From: Gaiellaceae bacterium
Lineage (GTDB): Bacteria > Actinomycetota > Thermoleophilia > Gaiellales > Gaiellaceae
Length of the DNA: 64,000 nucleotides
Reading direction: 5' to 3'
Assembly: GCA_026002995.1 (NCBI GenBank)
Contig: BPGK01000001.1
Location: forward strand, 2,293,988 to 2,357,987
In this document: piece after piece, positions 56,168 to 62,921 of the stretch
Position numbering within the stretch: the stretch's first letter is position 1
Layout: each line of letters starts with the position of its first letter
Position numbers and translations under genes: made by a program
The notes under the pieces: generated by a model
What the model saw: only the letters and a program-made list of their open reading frames with translations
Databases searched by the model: none
Told to the model about the DNA's origin: nothing

Positions 56168-56524
56168 TCAGCCGACGACGCGGAAGCTGCCCCGCATCTC
56201 GTCGGCGTGCGGCGCGCACAGGAAGCGATACGTCCCCTTGCGGAGGGTCAGCACCAGCGCCTTGCGGCCCACGAACTCCACGCCCGTGACGGCGCGGTTG
56301 ACGCCCGGTCCGACGAGCCGGAAGTCGTGGTCGTCGGAACGATCGGTCACGACGAGCCGGTAGGCGCCGGCCTTCAAGACGGTGACCTTCTTGCCTCCGG
56401 CCCGGAGGTCGATGGTGTGACCCGGGCCCACCGTACCGACGAGCGGAGTCGGCGCCGCCACGGCAGCTCCCGAGGTGACGAGAGCGACGACCGCCGTCGC
56501 GACGGTTGCGCGGAGGGCACGCAT
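56168..56524 (-). CDS. Small secreted cupredoxin-like (type-1 copper) protein
   Basis: 118 aa. The signal peptide reads MRALRATVATAVVALVTSGAAVAA. Candidate Cu ligands are HDF...C-A-P-H-A-D-E-M (YRFLCAPHADEMRGSFRV). Confidence 0.7.
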   Translation of the reverse strand: MRALRATVATAVVALVTSGAAVAAPTPLVGTVGPGHTIDLRAGGKKVTVLKAGAYRLVVTDRSDDHDFRLVGPGVNRAVTGVEFVGRKALVLTLRKGTYRFLCAPHADEMRGSFRVVG

Positions 56525-56904
56525 CAGAACCCCGCCCTCGCCGTGCAGACCTCGCCCGCCGGGCTCGTGGCCCGGGCGACGAACCGGTCCGTGCCCGGGC
56601 CGTTCGGCGTCACGACGCGGAGCGTGAAGGAGCCACTCGGGCTCTTCGTGACCCGCGTCGTCTTCACGACGCGCGTCCCGTTCCGAGCGATCGCGACGAC
56701 CCAGCGCACGCCGTTCCGGTTCTGGTCGACCTCGAACTCGACCTCGATGCCGCCGTCCTCCTCGCTCAGCTTCAGCTTCGCCGTGCTCGAGGCCGTGCAG
56801 ACGCCCGCGACCCGAACGTCGCCACGCTTCGCGTGTCCGACGGGCGCGACCGCGAGCGCGGCGACCGCAGTGGCCAGGACTGCCACCGCCACCCGTGTGT
56901 CCAT
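56524..56904 (-). CDS. Small secreted 2-Cys protein of unknown function (paralog A)
   Basis: ATG at 56904 is preceded by GAGGAGGAG. 126 aa with signal peptide MDTRVAVAVLATAVAALAVAPVGHA. It has one Cys near each end of the mature chain. Paralog of 58991..59371. Confidence 0.65.
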   Translation of the reverse strand: MDTRVAVAVLATAVAALAVAPVGHAKRGDVRVAGVCTASSTAKLKLSEEDGGIEVEFEVDQNRNGVRWVVAIARNGTRVVKTTRVTKSPSGSFTLRVVTPNGPGTDRFVARATSPAGEVCTARAGF

Positions 56905-56967
56905 GGTGCTCCTCCTCGCTTGCTGGCAGTTCACGCCTCGAGGATGTCGGAGCCTCGGTCGGGGACA

Positions 56968-56983
56968 CAATGGGACCTTGGTC
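56968..56983 (-). promoter_or_regulatory. 16-bp motif GACCAAGGTCCCATTG (read on the minus strand) upstream of paralog A; candidate response-regulator site
   Basis: The plus strand reads CAATGGGACCTTGGTC. The reverse complement matches 58945-58960 at 15 of 16 positions. It contains the palindrome GACC-NN-GGTC. Confidence 0.5.
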
Positions 56984-56992
56984 GTAGAACCG

Positions 56993-58312
56993 ATGCCCTC
57001 TCCTGACACCGTCACGCGAGCGCCCGCCGTCGCCGGCGAGGTCGCGAAGTTCGTCGCCGCCGGCCTCGCCGCGCTCGCCGTCTTCGTCATCGGCGCGGTT
57101 CTCGTGATCCGGGATCTCGGCCAGTCGGAGGCGCTTCGCGACGCCCGGCAGTTCGCCATTCTCTCCGGGCAGGGGATCGTCGAGCCCGTCCTCCGGGACT
57201 CGCTCCTGCGGGGCGACCGCCGCGCGCTCGAGGCCGTGGATGTGGCCGTGCAGGAGCGCGTGCTCGGCGAGCGCATCGTCCGCGTGAAGATCTGGGACCG
57301 CGCGGGCCGCGTCGTCTACTCGGATGAGCCGCGCGCGATCGGCTCCACGTTCCCGCTCGAGGACGAGAAGCTCGAGGTCCTACGAACGGGCGAGGCCCGC
57401 GCCGAGCTCAGCAACCTCGCAGGCCCCGAGAACCGGTTCGAGCGAGGGCTGGGCGAGCTGTACGAGGTCTACCTCCCGATCCGCACCCCCGACGGCACGC
57501 CGCTCCTCTTCGAGACGTACCAGCGAGCGGAGGAGGTGAGCTCGACGGGTCGGCGCATCTGGCTGCCGTTCGCGGCGCTCGTGCTCTGGAGCCTCGTCCT
57601 CCTGTGGCTCGTCCAAGTGCCGCTCGCCTGGCGGCTCGCAAACCGTGTCCGGCGCGGGCACGAGGAGCGGGAGAGGCTCCTGGAGCGCGCCGTCGACGCC
57701 TCGATCGACGAGCGTCGACGCATCGCGGGCGAGCTGCACGACGGGGTCGTGCAGGACCTCGCGGGCATCTCGTACTCGCTGAGCGCAGCCGCCGACCGCC
57801 TGCCCCAGGACGCGCCGGCAGATGTGCGCGCCGCCCTCCGCGAGGGAGCGACCGCGACGCGTGACAGCATGCGCCGCATCCGCTCGCTGCTCCTCGAGAT
57901 CCATCCCCCCAACCTCCGCGCCGCGGGGCTCGGTGCGGCGCTCGCCGACCTCGTCACCCCGCTCGCCACACACGGAATCGCGGTCGAGCTCGACGTCGCC
58001 GACGCGCTCGCGCTCCCGGAAGACGTCGAGCAACTCGTCTACCGCGCCGCCGGTGAGGCGCTCCGCAACGTCGAGAAGCACGCGCATGCCTCGCGCGTCT
58101 CCGTGGAGCTCCGCGCACGTGACGGCGCCGTGCGGCTCGCGGTCGTGGACGACGGCGTCGGCTTCACGGCCGAGGAGCGCGAACGCCGACGAGCCGAGGG
58201 CCACGTCGGCCTCTCGCTCGTCGAGGAGCTCGCGACCCGCGCGGGCGGGCGCATCGAGATTCGATCGGCGCCCGGAAGGGGCACGATGTTCACCTTGGAG
58301 GTTCCAGCGTGA
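56993..58312 (+). CDS. NarL-type sensor histidine kinase (HisKA_3 + HATPase_c)
   Basis: ATG at 56993. Two TM segments flank a ~150-aa extracytoplasmic domain. H-box RRRIAGELHDGVVQDL. N/G boxes EALRNVEKHA, DDGVGF and GLSLVEE. Confidence 0.9.
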   Translation: MPSPDTVTRAPAVAGEVAKFVAAGLAALAVFVIGAVLVIRDLGQSEALRDARQFAILSGQGIVEPVLRDSLLRGDRRALEAVDVAVQERVLGERIVRVKIWDRAGRVVYSDEPRAIGSTFPLEDEKLEVLRTGEARAELSNLAGPENRFERGLGELYEVYLPIRTPDGTPLLFETYQRAEEVSSTGRRIWLPFAALVLWSLVLLWLVQVPLAWRLANRVRRGHEERERLLERAVDASIDERRRIAGELHDGVVQDLAGISYSLSAAADRLPQDAPADVRAALREGATATRDSMRRIRSLLLEIHPPNLRAAGLGAALADLVTPLATHGIAVELDVADALALPEDVEQLVYRAAGEALRNVEKHAHASRVSVELRARDGAVRLAVVDDGVGFTAEERERRRAEGHVGLSLVEELATRAGGRIEIRSAPGRGTMFTLEVPA

Positions 58313-58944
58313 TCCGCATCGCGATCGCCGACGACCACGCCGTCGTACGAACGGGGCTCGCTCAACTCGTCGACACGTTCGACGGCGTCGAGCTCGTCGG
58401 CGCCGCCACGAACGGCGAGGAGGCCGTGCGCGTCGCCCGCGAGCTCGCGCCGGACGTCGTGCTGATGGACCTGGAGATGCCGGTACTCGACGGGATCGAG
58501 GCAACGCGACGGATCAAGGACGCATGCCCGCAGACCGCCGTCGTCGTCCTCACCTCGTTCTCCGACCGCGAGCGCATCCTCGGAGCGCTCGAGGCAGGAG
58601 CAGTCGGCTACCTGCTGAAGGACGCGGAGCCCGACGAGCTCGCGCGCGCGATCCGGGCCGCGGCGCGCGGCGAAGCGCCGCTCGATCCGAAGGCCGCGCG
58701 AGCGCTGCTCGGCGCCCATCGCAGAGCGGCGTCCGCGGCCGAGACCCTCTCGGAGCGCGAGCGCGAGGTGCTGAGCATGGTGGCACAGGGGCTCCCGAAC
58801 AAGGTCATCGCGAGACGCCTGGAGATCAGCGAGAAGACGGTGAAGGCGCACCTCACGAGCGTCTTCCGCCGGATCGGCGTCACCGATCGGACGCAGGCTG
58901 CCCTCTGGGCTGAGCGCCACGGGCTCGCGCGTCGCGAGTCCTAG
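58309..58944 (+). CDS. NarL/LuxR-family response regulator
   Basis: 211 aa. Receiver domain (IADDHAVVR...VVLMDLEMPVLDG...K) plus LuxR HTH (LSEREREVLSMVAQGLPNKVIARRLEISEKTVKAHL). Confidence 0.95.
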   Translation: MIRIAIADDHAVVRTGLAQLVDTFDGVELVGAATNGEEAVRVARELAPDVVLMDLEMPVLDGIEATRRIKDACPQTAVVVLTSFSDRERILGALEAGAVGYLLKDAEPDELARAIRAAARGEAPLDPKAARALLGAHRRAASAAETLSEREREVLSMVAQGLPNKVIARRLEISEKTVKAHLTSVFRRIGVTDRTQAALWAERHGLARRES

Positions 58945-58960
58945 GACCGAGGTCCCATTG
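58945..58960 (+). promoter_or_regulatory. 16-bp motif GACCGAGGTCCCATTG upstream of paralog B; candidate response-regulator site
   Basis: It starts immediately after the response-regulator stop codon, about 30 nt upstream of the paralog B start. Its orientation relative to the downstream gene is the same as at 56968-56983. Confidence 0.5.
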
Positions 58961-58990
58961 CCCGGACGACGCGCGCCGCGGCACGATCCA

Positions 58991-59371
58991 GTGGTGAATC
59001 GCGTCGCCTTCGTCGTCGCGGCCGCCGTCGTGCTCGCGCTCCCCGTCACCGCCTCGGCGGACCGCGCAGACGACGAGGTGCGGGCGCGCGGAGCGTGCTC
59101 TCCGGGCCGCACCGCCGAGCTCCGCGTCCGCGCCGACGACGGCGAGCTCCGCGTCGAGCTGCGCGTCGTCTCGCGGCGAAGCGGCGAGGCCTGGAGCGTC
59201 ATCCTCGTGCACGAGCGACGCATCGTCACGCGCACACGAGCGACCACGCAGGGCAGCAGCCGCAGCTTCCGCCTGCGTCGGTGGCTGCCCGACCTCTACG
59301 GCAGGGACACGGTCGTCGCGCGCGCGACGGGCCCCGGCGGCGCGAGCTGCCGTGCGTCGGCGACGCTCTAG
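58991..59371 (+). CDS. Small secreted 2-Cys protein of unknown function (paralog B)
   Basis: The ORF 58958..59371 probably starts at GTG 58991 or 58994 (VNRVAFVVAAAVVLALPVTASA signal). It aligns without gaps to paralog A: VR..G.C...TA.L....DG...VE..V...R.G..W.V......R.V..TR.T...S.SF.LR...P...G.D..VARAT.P.G..C. Confidence 0.65.
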   Translation: MVNRVAFVVAAAVVLALPVTASADRADDEVRARGACSPGRTAELRVRADDGELRVELRVVSRRSGEAWSVILVHERRIVTRTRATTQGSSRSFRLRRWLPDLYGRDTVVARATGPGGASCRASATL

Positions 59372-59417
59372 CCTGGGTCGCCGACCACGCGTCCCGTGCC
59401 GGGAGGCGCGTCTCGGC

Positions 59418-59915
59418 TCAGGACTGCAGGTGCGCCTCGACGAACCAGAGGTGCTTGTCGATCGCCCGCGACACGTCCGTGAAGAGGTCGGAGGTGTCGA
59501 GGTCGCCGAGCTCGGCCGCAGTGTCGATCGCCTCGCGGACGGCGGCGCCGTACGTCGCGAGACGGCTCGCGATCACCTGCACCGTCTCCGTCCCAGCCAC
59601 CGCGTCGAGCGGGTACTCCTCGAGCGTCGAGGCCTCGGCCGCCATGCGCGCCGTGCCGAGGGCGAGCCCGCCCAGCGCGGTCGCGCGCTCGGCGATCTCG
59701 TCCACGAACCCGAGAACGCTCTCCGCGATCTCGTCGTAGAGCTCGTGCAGCTGGATGAAGTCCGAGCCCTTCACGTTCCAGTGCGCCTGCTTGAGCTGCG
59801 AGTAGAGGTCGAAGCTGTCGGCGAGCCGCGCGTTCAGGAGCTCGACGAGCTTCTGGCGCACGTCCTCGGCGAGGTCGTTGCGGGTCTCGAACATCCGTGC
59901 GGTCGTGGTAGCCAT
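59418..59915 (-). CDS. dps: Dps (DNA starvation/stationary-phase protection protein, ferritin-like)
   Basis: ATG at 59915 is preceded by GGGAGG. 165 aa with ferroxidase-site residues in LYSQLKQAHWNVKG..F..LHELYDE. Confidence 0.92.
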   Translation of the reverse strand: MATTTARMFETRNDLAEDVRQKLVELLNARLADSFDLYSQLKQAHWNVKGSDFIQLHELYDEIAESVLGFVDEIAERATALGGLALGTARMAAEASTLEEYPLDAVAGTETVQVIASRLATYGAAVREAIDTAAELGDLDTSDLFTDVSRAIDKHLWFVEAHLQS

Positions 59916-60018
59916 CGATACCTCCCGCTGTCGCTTACCCCTCGATTGTGCCGTCGAAAGGCTCCCTTGCGCGGCGGCAGATCGTGCCTCCGTATCTCTC
60001 TGCGCGTAGGCTGACATC

Positions 60019-60717
60019 GTGAGCAGCTCCTCGTGGCACCAGGTCGACCTCGTCCCGGCACTCGACGACTCGGCGCTCGCGCTCGTCGCCTCCGAGGGGG
60101 GTTCCGGCGCCGCGCTTCGGCTGAACGACGCGGAGCGCGACACGCTGCTCTACGCCGTCCGCGGAGCGGGCACGCTCGCGCTCGGCGAGGAGTCGGTGTC
60201 ACTCGTGGCGGGGGACGCCGCCCTCGTTCTCGCGGGCGAGGAGGCTACGGTCGAGGCGGGCTCCGACGGGCTGAGCGTCCTGCGCGCCACGGTCGGACCG
60301 GAGGCCGACCGACACGCGCCGATCGGCCCCCGCACGCTCGTGTCGTCTCTCCGAACGGCGGACGCAGAGCAGGCGACCGGCGCGCGCTCGTTCCAGGTTC
60401 TGTTCGGGCCGCACAACGGCTCGACGCGCGCGACGCTGTTCGCGGGCTTCATCCCCCCGGGCAAGGCGCCCTGGCACTACCACCTCTACGACGAGATCGT
60501 CTGGGTACCGGAGGGCCCGGGCCGGCTGCACCTCGGCGACACCGTCACCGATCTCGGCCCCGGCTCCGCGTTCCGGCTCCGCCCGCGCCAGGTGCACATC
60601 GTCGAGAACACGGGCGACTCCGAGCTGACCGTGATCGGAATCTTCACGCCGGCCGGCAGCCCGTCGGCCGCGTACCTCGAGCCCGAGGTCGCCGCCGAGT
60701 ACCGCTTCGGCGGGTAG
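60019..60717 (+). CDS. Cupin/bicupin domain protein
   Basis: 232 aa. The C-terminal cupin reads PWHYHLYDEIVWVPEGPGRLHLG...RPRQVHIVENTG. A weaker N-terminal cupin-like half is also present. Confidence 0.75.
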   Translation: MSSSSWHQVDLVPALDDSALALVASEGGSGAALRLNDAERDTLLYAVRGAGTLALGEESVSLVAGDAALVLAGEEATVEAGSDGLSVLRATVGPEADRHAPIGPRTLVSSLRTADAEQATGARSFQVLFGPHNGSTRATLFAGFIPPGKAPWHYHLYDEIVWVPEGPGRLHLGDTVTDLGPGSAFRLRPRQVHIVENTGDSELTVIGIFTPAGSPSAAYLEPEVAAEYRFGG

Positions 60718-60721
60718 CTCG

Positions 60722-61774
60722 ATGCGACTCTCGATCCCGGTCGTCTGGAGCGAGGCGCACCGCCGCCACGCGCCCGAGACCGGGGTCTGGGTCGGTGTGC
60801 GGATCCCAGCGGACGAGGTTCCCGAGCGCGCGGAGCGCATCCGACGCTCACTGGAGGACGCCGGCGCGCCGATCGTCCGGGCCGAGCCACACGCCGACGA
60901 GACGCTCCTCGCAGTCCACGAGCCGGCGCTCGTCGAGTTCCTGCGCACCGCGTGGGCAGCCTGGAGCGAGGCCGGGTACCCCGGCGACCCCGGCCAGGAC
61001 GAGGTCGTCGGCTACATCTTCCCCACCCCCGGGCTACTCGGCGTCGTCGATCCGCACGTGCCGCGCTCGCCCGCCGCGCGTACGGGGGCGTACTGCTTCG
61101 ACACGATGACGCCGATCGGTCCGGGCACCTGGGAGGCGGCGCGCGCGGCGGTGGACTGCGCGCTCACGGCCGCCGACCTCGTGCTCGACGGGGCACCCGC
61201 GGCGTACGCGTGCTGCCGCCCACCGGGACACCACGTGACGAGCAGCGCGTACGGCGGCTCCTGCTACCTGAACAACGCCGCAGTGGCGGCCGCCCACCTC
61301 CGAGACCGCGGGGTCGAGCGGGTCGCGATCCTCGACCTCGACGCGCACCACGGCAACGGCGCCCAGGCGATCTTCTGGGAGGAGGAGCGCGTGCTCACGG
61401 GATCCGTGCACGTCGACCCGGGCGCCGGGTGGTTCCCGCACTTTCTCGGCTTCGCCGACGAGCGCGGCGTGGCGAACCTCAACCTGCCGCTCGCGCCGGG
61501 CTCGGGGGACGACGCGTGGCTCGAGGCGGTCGACCGCCTCGCGGAGGCCGCGCACGCCCACGGCAGCGAGGCGCTCGTCGTCCCGCTCGGCGTCGATGCG
61601 CACGCCGACGACCCGAACGCGCCGCTCGAGGTCACGGGCGCAGGGTTTCGCCAAGCTGGACTGAGGCTCGGCGCGCTCGGTCTTCCGACCGTCGTCGTCC
61701 AGGAGGGCGGGTACGTGCTCGAGACCGTCGGCTCGCTCGTCCGGGCCGTCCTCGAGGGTCTCGCGGAAGCGTGA
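60722..61774 (+). CDS. Histone-deacetylase-family (arginase fold) deacetylase / acetylpolyamine amidohydrolase-like
   Basis: 350 aa with CRPPGHH, LDLDAHHGNGAQ and GGY. Confidence 0.9.
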   Translation: MRLSIPVVWSEAHRRHAPETGVWVGVRIPADEVPERAERIRRSLEDAGAPIVRAEPHADETLLAVHEPALVEFLRTAWAAWSEAGYPGDPGQDEVVGYIFPTPGLLGVVDPHVPRSPAARTGAYCFDTMTPIGPGTWEAARAAVDCALTAADLVLDGAPAAYACCRPPGHHVTSSAYGGSCYLNNAAVAAAHLRDRGVERVAILDLDAHHGNGAQAIFWEEERVLTGSVHVDPGAGWFPHFLGFADERGVANLNLPLAPGSGDDAWLEAVDRLAEAAHAHGSEALVVPLGVDAHADDPNAPLEVTGAGFRQAGLRLGALGLPTVVVQEGGYVLETVGSLVRAVLEGLAEA

Positions 61775-62154
61775 GCCCGCGACCGGTGCTCCTCTACGAC
61801 GCCGACTGTCGCCTCTGCCGCTTCGCCGTGCGAACCATCGCCCGGCTCGATCGAGACGAGCGGCTCGCACTGCTCCCCCTCCAGGATCCCGAGTCCGAGC
61901 CGCTCCTCGCGTCGCTCGACGCCGGACGTCGCCTCGAGACGTGGCGGCTCGCCCGGCCGGACGGCTCGCTCACCGGCTACGGGGCGGGCGTGCCGGAGCT
62001 CCTGGCAGCCACGCGACGGGGCCGACTCCTCGGGCGCCTGCTCAGGCTGCTCCCGTCCGGCGTACTCGACGCCGGCTACCGGCTCGTCGCCCGCAACCGC
62101 CGCCGGCTCGGACGACTCGTCCCGGACGGGCCGGCTCCCCGCCGCTTCCCGTAG
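61771..62154 (+). CDS. Thiol-disulfide oxidoreductase DCC family (DUF393)
   Basis: GTG at 61771 (GTGA overlap). LLYDADCRLCRFAV carries the DxxCxxC motif. Confidence 0.8.
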   Translation: MSPRPVLLYDADCRLCRFAVRTIARLDRDERLALLPLQDPESEPLLASLDAGRRLETWRLARPDGSLTGYGAGVPELLAATRRGRLLGRLLRLLPSGVLDAGYRLVARNRRRLGRLVPDGPAPRRFP

Positions 62155-62240
62155 GAGGCGATCGGACGAACGGCCCGCGAGCCGCGGACGGCTCGGCTCT
62201 GCCCCGTTTGCCGTTGTTCTCCCATCGTGGTTGCGTTGAC

Positions 62241-62267
62241 GCATGATGTCATGCACACTTGCATGCA
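62241..62267. promoter_or_regulatory. Palindromes GCATGAtgTCATGC and TGCATGCA upstream of the second vapBC pair (candidate operator)
   Basis: 62241-62254 is a 6+6 inverted repeat with a 2-nt spacer, and 62260-62267 is an 8-bp palindrome. TTGACG (62236-62241) is a -35-like hexamer. The ATG is at 62281. Confidence 0.35.
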
Positions 62268-62280
62268 GCACCGACGAGCG

Positions 62281-62526
62281 ATGCCGAAGACGATCCAGAT
62301 CCGTGACGTCGACGACGACGTGTACGCCGCTCTCCAACGGCGCGCCGCCGAGGCTGGCCTCAGCGTCCCCGACCTGCTACGCCGTGAGGCGGCTCGACTC
62401 GCGTCGCGCCCGACGGTCGAGGAGTGGCTCGCGCGAACCCGTCGGCGGCCGTCCACGATCGAGCGTTCGGAGATCCTCGCTGCGCTCGACGAGCAGCGTG
62501 GCCCGTGGCCCGATGCTGGTCGTTGA
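62281..62526 (+). CDS. Ribbon-helix-helix (FitA/VapB-type) antitoxin
   Basis: ATG at 62281. MPKTIQIRDVDDDVYAALQRRAAEAGLSVPDLLRREA is a typical RHH antitoxin N-terminus. It overlaps the PIN gene by 14 nt. Confidence 0.7.
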   Translation: MPKTIQIRDVDDDVYAALQRRAAEAGLSVPDLLRREAARLASRPTVEEWLARTRRRPSTIERSEILAALDEQRGPWPDAGR

Positions 62527-62911
62527 CGCCTCGTGCCTGTACGAGGTCCTGGTCGACGCACCGCAGGCGGAGGACGTGCGTGCGCGGCTGGCCCTCGACC
62601 CGGATCAGGCCGCCCCCCACGTCGTCGACGCCGAAGTGCTCGGAGTCGTCCGCCGCGATCACCTGCTCGGTCGGCTCGACGCCACGGCCGCATACCAGGC
62701 GGTCGAGGACCTGCGCGCGTGGCCCGGCGAGCGCTTCGGACATCGCGCGCTCCTCGAACGCGCCTGGGAGCTCCGCGAGAACGTGCGCACGTGGGACGCG
62801 CTCTACGTCGCGCTCGCCGAGGCCTTCGACGCCACGCTGCTCACGCTGGACGACCGTCTACGGCGCGTCAGCGGCCTGCGCTGCCGGGTCGAGGTCGTCG
62901 GCGGCTCATGA
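62513..62911 (+). CDS. PIN-domain toxin (VapC-like)
   Basis: ATG at 62513. 132 aa with MLVVDASCLYEVL, DAEVLGVV, WDALYVALAEAFDATLLTLDDRL (the conserved T.D motif is present). Confidence 0.85.
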   Translation: MLVVDASCLYEVLVDAPQAEDVRARLALDPDQAAPHVVDAEVLGVVRRDHLLGRLDATAAYQAVEDLRAWPGERFGHRALLERAWELRENVRTWDALYVALAEAFDATLLTLDDRLRRVSGLRCRVEVVGGS

Positions 62912-62921
62912 GCGCGAGAGC

